DNA of 64,000 nt from Lama guanicoe. Taxonomy: Eukaryota. Every line of letters begins with the position of its first letter. The first letter of the stretch is position 1. The stretch spans positions 1,147,568 through 1,211,567 of the forward strand of contig MU054098.1 of NCBI GenBank assembly GCA_013239625.1. The letters run 5' to 3'. Positions 36,734 through 49,422 of this stretch are shown here, in pieces. The notes below the pieces were generated by a model. That model ran no database searches, had not been told where the DNA came from, and saw nothing but the letters and a program-made list of their open reading frames with translations. Made by a program: the position numbers and the translations under genes.

Positions 36734-39337
36734 ATGATAACCTCATGGTCAAAGAGCACTGCCAACCCTCAATTTAGGTGAATGGCCCCAGATTCCTGCT
36801 GAAATGGTAACTGGGAGAAAGAACTCAGCATTCCTGGTAACACTTCCTTTCAGGTACAGCATATTTTCCTTAGACTGAATAATTGTCTACAGTTTTTATT
36901 TGTCAAATTTTCTTCGAGTTACATTTAAGTTTTCCTATGGATTCCCACATGCTTAAACCAGTCTAGTAATCTGTTAGGTCCCATGTTTTCTGGAGCCTTC
37001 TATTCTTCTAGTCTAGTCTGGGATGGCTGCACTTCAGCTCTGCTGAACAATGGCTCCCCTGGGACGTCCACTGGCATCACGAGTGGGATTCCCTTCTTTC
37101 TCTGCTGCTCTAATGCACTGAATTACCTGCATCTTGGAGCTCACTTTATAGGCTTATTTTCTTGTTTTGGAAGAATACTTTCTCCAGTACCTTTACATTT
37201 TTGAGGCTTTTCATGTTTAAAAAAAAAAACATGTGTGAAAATACACCTTGATTGATAGTGATTCCGTGGTTGACACAGAATTTTAGACTAAAATCATTCT
37301 GTCTGAGAATCTTGGACCTTCTAGCTTCTGGTATTAATATTAGGAAGTTTGAAGCTATTCTGCTTCTTGATTCCTTAAATGTAACCTATTTATTTTTCTC
37401 TTTGGAAGCTTCTCTTTATCCCCAGAGTCCTAAATTTTATGATTGTTTGCCTTAAGGTGGGTTACTTACTTATTTTTTATTTATTTTTGTACTAGACAAT
37501 TAATAGGTCCTTTGCATTAAGGGGCTGCTAGCCCTTCATTCTAGGCATCATTTTTCAACTGTTCCTTTGAAGATTTCCTAATCTCTAGTTCATCTGTCCT
37601 CTTTTATTAGTTGAATTGAGACTTTTCAGCGGTAAACACACCTCCCAAACACAAATTTTTTTCAAAGGCCCATCCCAAAGCTTAGCACAGTGCCTGGCAC
37701 AAATCTGAAAAGTAAATAAAAGTATGCTGAATAAAAAACTATAACCACCTACTGGAAAGTATCAAAATATAATCTTTGCTTATGTCTAGTCTTTCTTCAT
37801 AATGATTTTTCTTCTTTGCTTGGAACCATCTGTCTCAAAGGAGATGTGATAGGCATGTTCTGATAATGTGATTTTTATCCTTCCCTCAAAATGTCCCATT
37901 TCACCCTAAAGATATTTACTGGAAATGTTTTCTAACATTTAGATGTTCAGGGGCCACTTTTCACTCCTCTTTGACTTTTAGGTACTACTGTATTCAACAA
38001 TGATCCCTAATTGGCCACGATATTTTCAAAGGCATCCAGTTGGTTCCTCTGAAAACAATCTTAAAGGCTGAGTTTGAATAGCACTATCACTGAATACCCT
38101 GTCAGCCAGAGTTAGTGGCCCAGAAGAGGAGCTGCATACCTAAGCAGGGCATGAAGGTGAGATTAAATATCTCCAAAAGTTTAGCTTATTTTTCAAGTTT
38201 TTTTTTTCTGCTTTAACAGTAAAAAAAGCTTAATACCACCAAGTAACATTTAAGAAATTCAGAAACTGAGTGAATTGTAGCAATCCTTGAATAAAAGTTT
38301 CTGAGAGGATTTAAAAGCTATTTACTGCTCAAATCCAACTACATGGTCTCAGCCTAAGTAGAATCGGCAGCCTCCTATCAAGAATTGTACGAGTCGTGGG
38401 CCCACACCCCTTCACAAACAGGCAGACAATTAACAAGCTTCCCTACCACGTGACCGTCTTCTACAGTATCCCAATGCTCATCATTAGAGCATTTTGGGCC
38501 TTAAGGTGGAACCCCCACCTTAATTGTGAGGTGGCATGAACTGCCTATGCTCTTTCCTGTGTTAGGTTGTTTACTGACAATGGGGCCTTTGTGAGAAGCC
38601 AGAGCACATAACCTCTTTGGGCCTTCAGGAGACCAATTCTCTTTCACCATTAGCAACTCTCTCCACACCACCCCACCCCAACCTCATGCTCAGTACAGAC
38701 ACAACCAGATTAGTAGGTGGTCTTTAAGTAGATGAGAAGTAAAGAGTATCTCTTCCATGATGGTGCACTTTCCAGAAGTGGTAAAAAATACCCATCTACT
38801 GATTTCATGAATTCAATGATGTCTAAGTGGGGGTATATAAAGTATGTTTATAAATAAACCTACACTAAGATCACAGTGAAACTTTAGATCAAAGGTAAAG
38901 AGAAGTTTTTCTTTTTAAGTTTCAGTTAAAATAATATTTGTCACCTCAAGTGCTAAAGCAGAAGTCAGAAGGCAGTGGGATAATATTTTCAAACTGATAC
39001 AAAAACAATTGCAGGCCTAGAATTTCATACCCACTGAAATATGCTCATCTTCCAGTAATTAGTGTGAATCAATGACATTTTAAAGACAAAGAGTCCTTCA
39101 CTAAAGGAAATTCTGTTGAATAGATTTAAGCAGCACAAAAGTGATCCAGGTGTAATAATGATCATAAGAAATCTTGGATTCCATAACAAAGAAGTAACAA
39201 AGAAAGGGAAATAAAAAGAACTTTTCTCTGTGAAAATATGGCAATCTCTGAGTTAAAAATTCTCCTAAAGTCTCTGTTAAATGTAAACATGTTACAAAAA
39301 AGGAGTGACATATCATGTCATTAACATTGTCTACTAC

Positions 39338-39660
39338 AGTGTGTTTTCTAATACAGGAAGCATGTTCTCTGAAAGATTAGCGCCCTGAGAGACATTAATA
39401 AGTGTGACTCGAAAATAAGGTTACATGTTCAAATAAGTGTGGGAAATATGGTGTTAAATAAAGTGAAACCAGATTTTTGACTGCTGGACTTCTCAGGACC
39501 TTTAAGTATGCTAATGTGCATTCTGAATTACCAAGAGAGTGATATAGTACACTGTCTTGTATATATGTATAGCATTTCTCAATTTTATTTAAGCACAGAT
39601 TTTTTTTTTAGAATAACTCAGTGAATTGGCATCCCATGGATCACACTCAAGGAAACTGTG
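39338..39660. mobile_element. hAT-Charlie-type DNA transposon remnant; a related degraded copy lies at about 57830-58105
   Basis: caaataagtgtgggaaa...ttaaataaagtgaaac...ggacctttaagtatgctaatgtgcatt; CAG...CTG ends. Confidence 0.55.
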
Positions 39661-41759
39661 TCCCTAGCACATTCCCTGTGATTCTTTATGAAATTCAATA
39701 GATGTTAACTTGTAAAGCAACAAACATACGTGACAAAGTGGGGCAAGAGATAGGTAATCCTTACAGACAGAAGAGAAAAGGGCAGGATTTAGAGTGTGAA
39801 GTGGTTCTTGAGATGAGGATCCAGACAGGGGAACCTCTGTGAGGAAGAGAATGGCCAAAGCACTGAGGGCCAAATGGCAAAGAATAACATCATGTCCTTA
39901 AGACTTCTCTGGGGGCCTCTGTTGCTCAGCTACGTCGGTCAGCCATGAGTATTTGCAATCTTTTGGTAATACAAAAGTAAACGGTTGAGATGGGAAATAA
40001 GCATAATCATCCAAAACTTGCAACTAGTTCTCCTCCTTTTGCATCTGACTAGGAAGCAATGTCCGTTATATGCAAACCCATGTCGAATCCTGAGTGATCA
40101 TTTTTGCCTCATTACAAGATACAAAATAATAAAATCAAATGCTTTCCCATTATATAAGATGAGTATTATTTTATATGCACTAATTATTTGTTACATAAAA
40201 CAACCCTCATCGGACGCCTATAAGACTATCAATGTTTCTCATTCATCAGCAAAATTCACACCTATGCTAATACTAAAAGTAACAATATATTGTTATTATA
40301 CTAAGTATCTTAATAAGTTTAGAGTTTAAAATTTTTCATTATTAAATTAGTATTTATATTGAATTACCATTAAAATAGTATTTCATTGATTATACAATTT
40401 TATTAAATACATTTTATTTTTTTATAAAAGGGGAGGAGCATTTTAGAGATTTATGTAGCATCTGTCTACACTTGTATAAGGGTAACAACTCTGAGAAGCA
40501 GGCAGAGCAATAGTATTTTGCCTGATTGGCAGATTATGTGACTTGCCTAAAATCATACAGCTACTTAAATATTATAAGGATCAAAAGATTATAAAGACAT
40601 ACGAGGACTATAAACTGATGTTCTACTCCAGATATTTCCAACAAAATCACATCACCTCACTTATTATTTTTCTTTCTGTGAACTAAGGAAACGTATTCCA
40701 ACTTAATTATTCATGATACTGAGCAAGGAAGTGGTTTCTTAAGGCTTTACATATAACCGCTTTCTTCAAAAAAGCTCAAATTGTTTTAAATTCCAGACAT
40801 TTTCTCCTCATGCAATATTTGACAAATAGAGTAAATAAGCCCCAGAGAGAATAGGCAAACTGCCCAACATTACATACAAAATACATTTGGAATCTTTGAT
40901 TAGAAAGAAAGGCCTGCTTTTGTACATATGTTGAATGCTGTGTGCGACTGTGCTTATGCATGTTAATGAACAGAACGAATTGTTGATTGATACATGGTCT
41001 CTGGTTCCCATAAGAACCAAGTCCTCGCACTGATAAGATAAATAGCCAGACCCAGAAATGAGGCTAAGTGGGGAGAATAGAGTAGCTAATGAAAGAAAAA
41101 TATGCACTGGTCGACTTTAAGAGGTGTAGAGACCAAGGAAGGCAAATAACTAGGGGAGAAGCTGCATCTATGATATGCCAGAATCCATCCCAGAGGGACC
41201 AGATGGGAGTTACTGTTTCATCAGCGATGGCAAGAGCTCAGACAAAGTTCAGGTTGCACTGACAGTAGAAGCATGTGGAAGTGGAAAAAGAATTCAGATT
41301 TTTGGGAAGGATTCCAATTAGAAACAGGCTGAATTCACAAGGTCAAGCAGAGGTATTGTTCTAAATTGTACTTGCATTATTCTCAATTTACCAGTAGAGA
41401 TTAATTGACATCTACTATGATTCTCTCCAGATGACATCAACTTAAGGACAGGTAAATGTTTAGGTTTTGGCTCTTAACCCTGTCTAGCTTTGTCACTGGC
41501 ATGTTATGCTTCCACATTCTTCCTTTCTCATGGAGTCCTGGGGATTTTTAAGCCTTCTCAAGTGGTCATTATATATTTTAGATCGTAGTATGGATTTTAA
41601 ATGATAGAGTTTGGCCTCTGATGAATTCCCTTTCTCATCTTTAAAATAACTGAGTCCTTGCCTTTCTCTTCTTTCCTGCTTACAATGTTACAGCAGGGTC
41701 TTCAAGTACTTACATCGATTTCAATTCACTTTGGTTTTGTGTGTGTGCGTGCCTGTGTG

Positions 41760-41831
41760 CCAATAAAACCCTACTGACAAAAACAAGCTGTGAGCCAGAT
41801 TTGACCCCTGCCTGTAGTTTCCTGACCCCTG
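41760..41831. mobile_element. MER58-like hAT element end
   Basis: aataaaaccctactgacaaaaacaagctgtgagccagatttgacc...tagtttcctgacccctg. Confidence 0.65.
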
Positions 41832-42139
41832 GTCCACATTGGAGTTTGGGTTTCTTGGGGGACGGGGACGCAGATTCTAATTCTAACAGTGATGCAACTT
41901 GTGAGCTGTGTGTAACTCTTCCTGTATCTGGTTTAACTATTTCAATTCACTTTGAATTATCTGGTCTTTATGTGGCTACAGCTAAGTTATTCATTCCAAA
42001 AGGAGCCTCTTCAAGCTTAAATATCCCTTTTGTCTCTACCAGGAATGATGCATTTATGACATGTGTATTTACCTCTCTCCTGGAATTACAGCAAACATTG
42101 CTAATTGATGACGTGATTTCTGCTACTAGACCCCGACAA

Positions 42140-42345
42140 TGATAATAATACAGCACTTACTATGTGCAAGTTACTATTACAAGCACTTTAAAGGTATTAA
42201 TAAATTTTATCTCCACATCAACCTCATGATAGCTATTTTATAGATGGAGCAACTGAGGCACAACAAGTTTAAATAATTTGACTAAGATTGTACAGACATT
42301 ACTTACAGAGGTAGAATGTGAATCTAGGCGGTCAAGCTTCAGATT
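42140..42345 (-). mobile_element. MIR SINE
   Basis: gcacttactatgtgcaag...ttttatagatggagcaactgaggcac. Confidence 0.75.
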
Positions 42346-43424
42346 CTATAGATTTCACATTTCTCTCACTGATACAGAAGAGGGAAAAAATGGCCAGCGT
42401 GATATCCATACCCACTCATACTTCTCACTGGATTTGTCTGCTGCTTGGAGGTACTGAGTAATTAATTGCACAGAATCATACAATAGGCAAGCTCAACCAT
42501 GATATACAAGCTTGATTCCTTCCAAGGTCCTTGAAACCCGGGACCTAGAATGAGAGTTCGATATTGCTCTGTTAGCTTCCTAATATGAAAGCCACCGTGA
42601 CTGATTTCTCAGAATTTGGTAGCCACACCTCATATTGGATGATTTGAAGCCCTATTAGTCAGGAAATCAATAAAGTTAACGATAATATTTGCAGTGAGCA
42701 GGCAAAAAACAGGGGAACATAGATTAAGAGAATCTCTTAACTGTAATAGTAAATGTGTAAAACTGACACAGAATTCATCAGAAGCCATGACTTGGGGAAA
42801 CAGAGATCTGGGTTCTTAGGACAAGTAAGTTCTGATGTCTGAGGTTTTTGGGAGGGATAAAGAAAAGGGAAAACAAAAGGTCATGTCAAGATGCGTGTCT
42901 GGAGATACTAAAATGCTAAAATATCCTAGAGGGACCTAAGCGATCAGATAATATTGGAGGACACTGTGTAGCTGGGAGCCAAAGTTACACTGAAAGTAAA
43001 ATCAGTCAAGAAAGTTGAAGTGGTGAAAAAAAAAACAGAGACGAGGGTAATAGTTGAGATCTGGCTATTACTTCTGACTCTTCTGTAAGCATCATTACTC
43101 TGTACACTCTATTGTAAAATATCTCACTTCATAGTTCTTATTAAATGACAAGTACTGGATAAATAACCTCTAAAGACTCTTCCAGCTCTATCCTTCCATG
43201 ATTCTGTGATTCAGAAATTTCCAAAACCTTGGAATTCTGACTTCTCTGAAACCCACAGTATAACCAATATAAAAGCACTCTTTTTGGCAGGCTGCTTAGT
43301 TGAAAGAAATGAATTATTACCAGAGAGACCATGTCACTGGGATTTTTTTACATACTATTATAGGAACTCCAGTAATCTTAGGACCCTTGTCTTTGATTTT
43401 TCCCAAAGGGCTTTCAAATTTGCG

Positions 43425-43780
43425 ATTCAGTCAACCAACATTTACTAAATTTCTACAGTATGTGTGGACACTGGGCTAGACCTTCAGAAGTGAAAGAGTA
43501 TGGTTTTAAAGGCAATCACAGTACAGTAGGGGAGACAGAAATGTATGCCATGAGGATGATATCATGATAGAGATACAAGTAGGATATTATGGGTGCTGAG
43601 GAAAGAAGTATATAACTCAGTTTAAGAAGAGTAATAATGGAAAAGTTTCCGAGTAGAGACTTTACTGTATGTCGTTCTTTAAATGGAGATGTATATTTGT
43701 GAGACACTGCTGGGCAGAACATGCCAACCAAAGAAAACAACATGAGCACATGAACAGAGATGAGAAACAGCATTAGGAAA
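43425..43780 (-). mobile_element. L2 3' region (antisense)
   Basis: attcagtcaaccaacatttactaaatttctacagtatgtgtggacactgggctag. Confidence 0.6.
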
Positions 43781-44069
43781 GAGGTTGGCTTCTACTGTTT
43801 TTGCAGGTTCTATGCTTCTTTTCCCTTTCTTCTTTTAGCTATGTGTTTTTCTCTCACTGCAACAATATGATGGGACTGTACAACAAATGACACTGTCCCT
43901 ATTGCTGTAGGGGTAGGTGTATGAACCAGATGCAGCCGGTCACGATATACCATTCCCCTGGGCATAGAAGTTCATACGAAGGATGGCATATTACCAAGCC
44001 AGATCAATCACTTTCTCTATGGTTTTAACATATCAAAGTGTGTCATGAAAGCTGGGACAATATACTCTA

Positions 44070-44275
44070 TTATAAGCCTGCCTGGGTTCAAATGTAAGTT
44101 TCACCACGCATTAGCTGTGTGAACTTAGATAAATTACTCCAACTGTCTGTGTTTTAGTTACCTCATTTGTAAAATGGGGACTATAGTCCTACATCATAGT
44201 GTTGTTAAGGATTAATATGTTAATACATGTAAAGCAATTAGAATATTTCTTGACACACAGTAAGTATTAACTATT
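44070..44275 (+). mobile_element. MIR SINE
   Basis: ctgcctgggttcaaat...tagctgtgtgaactta...cctcatttgtaaaatgggga. Confidence 0.85.
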
Positions 44276-44374
44276 GTTGTATTATGTATAGTATTGTCAT
44301 ATTTGTTTTATACAACTACTGATTGAGATTGGATTCTTACACTGGGATGACGTAAGATTTGAAATACGCTAGAG

Positions 44375-44588
44375 CAAGGTTTCTCAACGTTGGCATTACC
44401 GACATTTTGGGCAAGACAATACTTTGTTGTGGTCAGTTGCTTAGTGAATTATAGAATATTTAGCATAACTCCTGGCTTCTTCCTATTAGATTCTAGTAGC
44501 CACATGCCAGTTGTGACAAACAAAAATGTCTCCACAAATTTCCAAATGTTTCTATAGGCACAAAATCGACCCTGGGTGAGGACCACTG
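44375..44588 (+). mobile_element. MER20 hAT-Charlie DNA element
   Basis: ggtttctcaacgttggcattaccgacattttggg ... ccagttgtgacaaacaaaaatgtctcca ... gaggaccactg. Confidence 0.85.
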
Positions 44589-44885
44589 GCAACCATTTTA
44601 CCTTCCAACTGGAGAAAGACCATTCACTATAGGAAAGAACAAAGTCCATGTGTTAAGAACAACAGAAACAAGAATGGGGAGATTCAGATGAAATGAGTCC
44701 TTAAGGCAACTCCATCTTCAGTTCTAGTCCCTGCATCCCCCAAACTCTCCTGGTTCTTGTACATCACCTTTTGTTTTTTCTTTATCTTTCTACTAAAAAT
44801 TCTCCTTTTTTTTCTGATAAATTAGTTTACTTGGATTTCTCTCACTTGCAACTGGAAGAGATCTGAGATATATACAGATATCAGA

Positions 44886-44975
44886 TGTGTGTGTGTGTGT
44901 GTGTGTATCTGAATCACTTTGCTGTACACTTGAAACTAACACATTGTAAATCAACTATACATCATTAAAAAAAAA
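44886..44975 (+). mobile_element. Very short L1 3' terminus with (TG)n and an A tail
   Basis: ctgaatcactttgctgtacacttgaaactaacacattgtaaatcaactatac followed by an A run. Confidence 0.75.
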
Positions 44976-45769
44976 GAAAGTTAAAGTTAGGATAGGTTAG
45001 ACTTAAGCTGAGTCAGACAGAGGTCACTAAAAACCTTAATAGAGGTAAGTGAACTGATAATATTTGAAATGTTGATGTCAACCTTATAACTCTGGACAGA
45101 GAACCTAAGAAGGGAAAGAATATGAAGGCAGGAAGGTTATTAATTTGAAGAATTTTAATACAAGTGAGAAATGAAACAGAAAGTGATTTCAGGGGAGAAG
45201 AGGAGAGAAAAGATTACAAAAATATATGCAGTAATTAGAATAAGCGTGTTATTACGTAGGATGAGGGAGGTAAAGAAGGGACAGCCATAGACACACCATA
45301 GGTTTCTAACTTGTATAAGTGCAGGAATGATGGTGTCATCAAATGAAACAGAGAATATAAGAAGAGGGGCAGGTACTTGTTTTTTTGTTTGTTTCTTGAG
45401 TTTTTGTTTTCACTTTTGTTTTCTCTTTCCTGCTTCCTTATTCTTTCAGCTCCCTCTGATTGCCAAATTCCATTTTAGCACCCTGACCCCTGGACTGGCT
45501 TCCCTGTAGCTATGGCAAACATTTATTTTTTTAGTTTCCTTTGAGCTATATGTGCTCATAAATCATTTTGACAATAACCAAAATAAAGCAATAGTTGAAT
45601 CTAGCCAAAAATGGCTATTAAAAAAGAACAACATTGAAATAAAACACCATCAAATTGCAACTACTTGTTGGTGATTTTTTAGCATCAACACTAGAGTCAA
45701 CAAATATTTGAGTACCAACTCCGTGCTAAGCGCTGTCCTGGGTACTAAGGATACAGTGATTCTAAGCAG

Positions 45770-46010
45770 CAGCCTGGTAGACTGGAGAAAGTGCTGATTT
45801 TGGAGTTAGAGCCAGAGTGTATTTTTTGTTCCACCACCTACTAAGGTTTGTGACTTTGGGCTAGTGGTTAACCCCTCAGAGCCTCATTATTTTCCATCTG
45901 TAAGACTGGGATAATAGCACAGCACATACATCATGCAGTGGTCATGTCAAGTAGGATAGCAAATCTAACTTGGCACAGTAGCCGATATAAGTACCTGATA
46001 AATGGTAGCC
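45770..46010 (+). mobile_element. MIR SINE
   Basis: gtgactttgggctagtggttaacccctcagagcctca...catctgtaagactgggataat. Confidence 0.75.
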
Positions 46011-47520
46011 GTTATGAATATAAAAATCATAATTACCCTCTCAAGAAGCTTATAGTCTATTACAGATTTTTTTGTCTATATGATCCTTCCATATCTTTTT
46101 TATTGTCAATTAAGAGAAAGGAATAGCACTGAATCATATTCTTATCACAGGGAAGAGACAATGATTCAAAATGGTAGTATTTCATAATCCTAGAAGAACA
46201 TTTCGTCAAAACTCTAAGTATAATCAAGTATAAAATTTAAAGCCCTGGAGACTTACTTCAATGATCTGATGAAGAAAATGAAAAAGCTAACTCCTTTCGA
46301 ATAGTAATAAAAAATGATGTATTGCAAATAAGCAGTTAAAACATGTTAATCAGCTGTAATATGACACCAAGGGTGTGATGGGGTTTGGAGGAGGCGGAAA
46401 AAGAATCATGTTTAGTAATACAAGCTCAGTGCAATGAAACTTTCTGCCAGATTGGGTTATAATGAACTCACTGTGTTTTAATGAAGCCAGTAACTGAGTA
46501 TCTTATTAAATTCCACTAGAATACATTGCAGGCCATTTTATTATAGCCCTGTTAAGATCTTTTATGAATCCAGAATTGGGCCAGATATTGTGAAAAAGAA
46601 AGTGTAACTTCATTACTTTACTACCATCACCATATAATTTGCTTAAGATGTTTGTCAGTAGTTAATAAACTATATTTTTCCTCACTTCAATCTTTTTATT
46701 TTATAATAAATGAAAATATTGAAAAAAATGAAAATATGCATCTAAAATATCCTTTGCTGTCACAAAATTAGAGGGACTAAATTTTGGGTGAAGTACATAC
46801 TTCAACCAAATTTTAAGTTAATGTGTCAAAAAACTTTTGGGTTAGATTTTCAAAACGCAATGAGTAGGATTTTGTTAAGTCCAAACTTATACATTCTATG
46901 CAAACCTGGGTAAACTCTGTGGAATAACAAATGCCAGTAAAACAGATGGCAATGACCCCATGTGTGGATTTGTCCAAGAGGTGCTTTTCAACATTCAGCA
47001 ATAGTTTCTTTGACCAGCCACATGAAAGGCCAGTCTTTGGCAGTGCTATCCAGTTGGCAAATTCATTCTTTGTTGTCTACTATTCCTGGTTTTGTACCCT
47101 TTTTCAGACTTTCAGCTGCCTCTCCATTTACTGACAGTCAGCAGTACTGGTTATGCTACTGTCCTCAAATCTTCTCATTTGAGAATATCTCACATAAAAG
47201 CATTATGTCATTTTCCAAAGGGCATTTTTATTTCATAGGTTAATGCCTCAGGAGCCTCTTCTGAACACAGAAAATAAATGTATACTTAGTTTGAGTTTGG
47301 GGCAATTTAATGGAACATTGGGCATCTGTGTACCTCCTAATCTGATATTTTATACTCAGTAGACAATTCAAGGTTTTAAAGTTATCCAGAATTAATATTT
47401 TTCCTCTTCACATACCTTTCAAATCACCATCCTAGGAAGAGCCAAACTCACTTCCCTCTCACTCAAGAATGTTTTCTTTAATGGTCCTTAACTGGGACAT
47501 TCCTTGCTTGACGTGTGTTT

Positions 47521-47523
<3 letters not shown>

Positions 47524-47558
<35 letters not shown>
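47524..47558 (+). repeat. (AC)17 microsatellite
   Basis: Perfect dinucleotide run at the 5' edge of an L1 3' end. Confidence 0.95.
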
Positions 47559-47560
<2 letters not shown>

Positions 47561-48920
47561 AATATATTATTCAGCCATGACAAAGAAGGAAATCCTGCTA
47601 GTTGCAATAACATGTATTGTCCTTGAGGGCGCTATGCTACATGAGATAAGCCAGACAGAGACAGACAAATACTATACGGTCTCATGTATATGTGAAATCT
47701 TAAAAAGCAAACTAGAAACAGAGAGTAGAATGTTATTTACTAGGGGCTGTGGAGTGGTAGAACTGGGGAGATGTTGGTCATTGTACAAACTTCCAATTAG
47801 AAGATACGAATAAGCTCTGGAGATCCAATGCACAGCACTGTGATTACAGTCAATAATCATGTATTTCATATTTAAAGTTGCTAAGATTTGCGTATGTTGA
47901 ACCAGCCTTGTGTCCCTGGGATGAACCCCGCTTGGTCATGATGTATAATCTTTTTTATGTGCTGTTGGATTCTATTTGCTAAAATTTTGGTGAGGATTTT
48001 GGCGTCTATGTTCATCAGTGATATTGGCCTATAATTCTCTTTTTTTGTAGTGTCTTTGCCTGGTTTTGGTATCAGGGTGATGGTGGCTTCATAGAATGAG
48101 TTTGGGAGTATTCCCTCCTTTTCAATCATCTGGAAGCGTTTGAGAAGGACTGGTATGAGTTCTTCTTTGTATGTTTGGTAGAATTCCCCGGTGAAGCCGT
48201 CCGGTCCTGGACTTTTATTTGTAGGGAGGTTTTTAATTGCTATTTCTATTTCCTTTCTAGTGATCGGATTGTTCAAGTGTTCAGTTTCTTCTTGATTCAG
48301 TTTTGGTGGACAGTATGTTTCCAGAAACTTGTCCATCTCCTCTAGGTTATCCAGTTTGGTTCCATATAGTTTTTCATAATATTCTCGTATGATATTCTGT
48401 ATTTCTATTTTGTTTGTTGTAATTTCTCCATTTTCCTTTCTTATTTTGCTAATTTGTGCTCTCTCTTTTTTCTTCTTTGTGAGTTTGGCCAGAGGTTTGT
48501 CGATTTTATTTACTTTTTCAAAAAACCAACTTTTGGTTTGGTTGATTTTTTCTATGGTCTTGTTAATCTCTATTGTATTTAATTCCTCTCTGATCTTTAT
48601 TATTTCCTTCCTTCTGCTGCTTTTTGGGGCTTTTTGTTCTTCTTTTTCTAATTGATTCAGGTGGTGGGTTAACTTGTTTATTTGAGATTGTTCTTCTTTT
48701 TTGAGGAAGGCCTGTATCGCTATAAACTTCCCTCTTTGCTAAGAGACTAGATCTTAAATGTTCTAACCAGACAAAAAAAATTATGTGATGTGATAGTGGT
48801 GTTAGCTAATGCTATGGTGGTAAACATACTGCAAGATATAAATGTATAAATCATCACCTTGTACACTTTAAACTTATACAATGTTATATGTCAATTACAT
48901 CTCCATTTAAAAAAAAGAAA
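47559..48920 (+). mobile_element. Older L1MA-like 3' end, split by the antisense young L1 fragment
   Basis: ggaatatattattcagccatgacaaagaaggaaatcctgc ... ttgctaaga[insert]ttgctaagagactagatcttaaatgttct ... tgtcaattacatctccatttaaaaaaaa. Confidence 0.85.
47887..48735 (-). mobile_element. Young internal L1 ORF2 fragment (post-endonuclease region to start of RT), truncated at both ends
   Basis: Open reading frame from [13 protein letters not shown] through [13 protein letters not shown] and [16 protein letters not shown] to QGWFNIRK. 9-bp flanking duplication ttgctaaga. Confidence 0.95.
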
Positions 48921-48929
48921 TAAAACATA

Positions 48930-49422
48930 TGGGGAAAGCTTCCTGGCATTGAATTTGACAATGATTTCTCGTACATGATATCCAAAAGCACAGGGAAAAA
49001 ATAGATGAACCGAATTTCATCAAAATTTAAAATGTCACATCAAAGGACATTATCAACAGAATGAAAGGGTAATCTATGGAATGGGAGAAAACATTTACAA
49101 ATCATATATCTCATAAGGGATTAATATCCAGAATATAAAAAGAACTCCTACAACCCAAGAACAACAAAAACAAAAACCCAATAAAAAAAAATGGGCCAAA
49201 GGCTTGAATAGACATTTCTCCAAAGAAGATATACAGATGGCCAATAAACACATGAAACAATGTTCAACATTACTAACTGTTAGGGAAATACAAATCAAAA
49301 CTACAGTAAGATACCACTTCACAACCATTAGGGTGGCTACTACATTAAAAAAAGAAAAAGAAGAAAAGAAAAAAACAGAAAATATCAAGTGTTGGCAAGG
49401 ATGTGGAGAAACTGGCACTCTT
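48930..49422 (+). mobile_element. Older L1 ORF2 3' fragment
   Basis: ORF 49204-49458 reads [23 protein letters not shown]...[12 protein letters not shown]. Confidence 0.9.

Noticed and set aside
41741..42142. 133-aa ORF
   Set aside because: It starts at GTG in a (GT)-rich tract, crosses a MER58-like end and has no recognisable domain.
46900..47240. Overlapping short ORFs on both strands in unique sequence
   Set aside because: No convincing splice-site pair or recognisable family.
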